From the IMG/VR virus record IMGVR_UViG_3300002220_000624: a stretch of 64,000 nucleotides of DNA. One strand, given 5' to 3'. Source of the DNA: an uncultured virus (IMG/VR IMGVR_UViG_3300002220_000624) (Duplodnaviria > Heunggongvirae > Uroviricota > Caudoviricetes). Shown here one piece after another: positions 63,432 through 64,000 of this stretch. Both the position numbers and the translations under genes were made by a program. Below the pieces are notes generated by a model that saw nothing but the letters and a program-made list of their open reading frames with translations, had not been told where the DNA came from and searched no databases. The stretch's first letter is position 1; each line of letters opens with the position of its first letter.

Positions 63432-64000
63432 ATGTTATATTACCTTCCAGAGTTCAGGGTAAAGGAAGAGGAAATTGGGTTTATGCTTGCTAGGCAGGCA
63501 TTATATCCATGTGACAAGATAGCTGCTATTAAACCTGGCGATATCAATGGAATCGCGAATGAACAAAGCAAGCTTGATGACAGGCAGATGGCTGCTGTAG
63601 AGAATGCATGTACAAATAATTTATCTATTTTGTGTGGTAGAGCTGGGACAGGGAAGACTACAACTTTGAAAGCGATAGCAAATTCTTTTATTGGTGCTGG
63701 AATGAATGGCATTGCTATGTGTCCAACTGGCAAGGCTGCAAAGAGATTTCAGGAAGTTGTGTGTTGTGGAGATAAAATTAACAGTGTCAATCTTCCGTCA
63801 AAAACAATAGCATCTGCACTCAGATATTACAATGGAAGATTTACGGTCGATGAAAATGACACATTAGATTATGATTTTGTGATCGTAGATGAAGCTTCAA
63901 TGTGCGGAGTCCATACGTTTAATGCACTACTAAGGGCAATAGATTGGAAAAGAACTAGGATTGTAATTACAGGAGATCATAATCAACTGCCAAGCATAGA
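63432..64000 (+). CDS. RecD2-like helicase, ATPase half (runs off the window; not in ORF track)
   Basis: MLYYLPEF...Q..A...GRAGTGKTT, PTGKAAKR, IVDEASM, GDHNQLPS. Confidence 0.9.
   Translation, partial: MLYYLPEFRVKEEEIGFMLARQALYPCDKIAAIKPGDINGIANEQSKLDDRQMAAVENACTNNLSILCGRAGTGKTTTLKAIANSFIGAGMNGIAMCPTGKAAKRFQEVVCCGDKINSVNLPSKTIASALRYYNGRFTVDENDTLDYDFVIVDEASMCGVHTFNALLRAIDWKRTRIVITGDHNQLPSI

Larger units (their letters stand above)
208..63790. repeat. dispersed 13-bp palindrome TTRACASTGTYAA (at least 29 exact and ~19 one-mismatch copies)
   Basis: Exact copies start at 2215, 5405, 7435, 10894, 13365, 15070, 15475, 16201, 20701, 24871, 26642, 31579, 32143, 33385, 35487, 37397, 40822, 42644, 43958, 47148, 48562, 49484, 52311, 54279, 56127, 57677, 58805, 60366, 63778. 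Confidence 0.95.

Noticed and set aside
208..63790. Palindromes as a CRISPR array or IS ends
   Set aside because: They are only 13 bp, irregularly spaced at kb scale and inside intact ORFs, with no cas operon or transposase.
1..64000. Genome-wide TAG reassignment (alternative genetic code)
   Set aside because: Many genes end in TAG immediately before the next start (4513, 4852, 6512, 10732, 14533, 20035, 61680, 62759), and coding density is high under the standard code.
1..64000. Diversity-generating retroelement acting on the fibre genes
   Set aside because: No reverse transcriptase and no ~100-bp TR/VR pair with adenine-specific mismatches seen in this window.

Overview
The window looks like a 64-kb slice of a large, uncultured tailed-phage (or phage-like) genome. 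There are no core cellular housekeeping genes. A Planctomycetes-like host is only a weak inference. Layout: (1) + strand 1-23.5 kb has tail/fibre/lectin and Cys-rich virion-type genes, a glycan-modification cluster (glycosyltransferases, methyltransferase, sulfotransferase-like, NDP-sugar epimerase) and a papain/NlpC-P60/holin-like lysis-type cluster. (2) - strand 23.5-50.1 kb has a tyrosine recombinase, an SNF2-like helicase, a ParB-like protein, macrodomain, CsrA-like and cold-shock/poly-Q genes, tRNA-Ile(UAU), structured RNA candidates and many small early-type ORFs. (3) A ~2.2-kb divergent non-coding control/origin-like region lies at 50.1-52.3 kb. (4) + strand 52.3-64 kb has an HTH protein, a PD-(D/E)XK nuclease, an SSB-like protein, a second ParB, a FliA/WhiG-type sigma factor and a RecD2 helicase split by a Nudix gene. 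The two most striking signals are these. First, a 13-bp palindrome TTRACASTGTYAA occurs at least 29 times exactly plus about 19 one-mismatch copies across the window, mostly inside genes, in a genome carrying two ParB-family proteins. Second, an otherwise intact GDP-mannose-epimerase-like gene carries in-frame TAG codons at two positions that are normally Trp. All product calls come from recognising motifs by eye, not from database searches.
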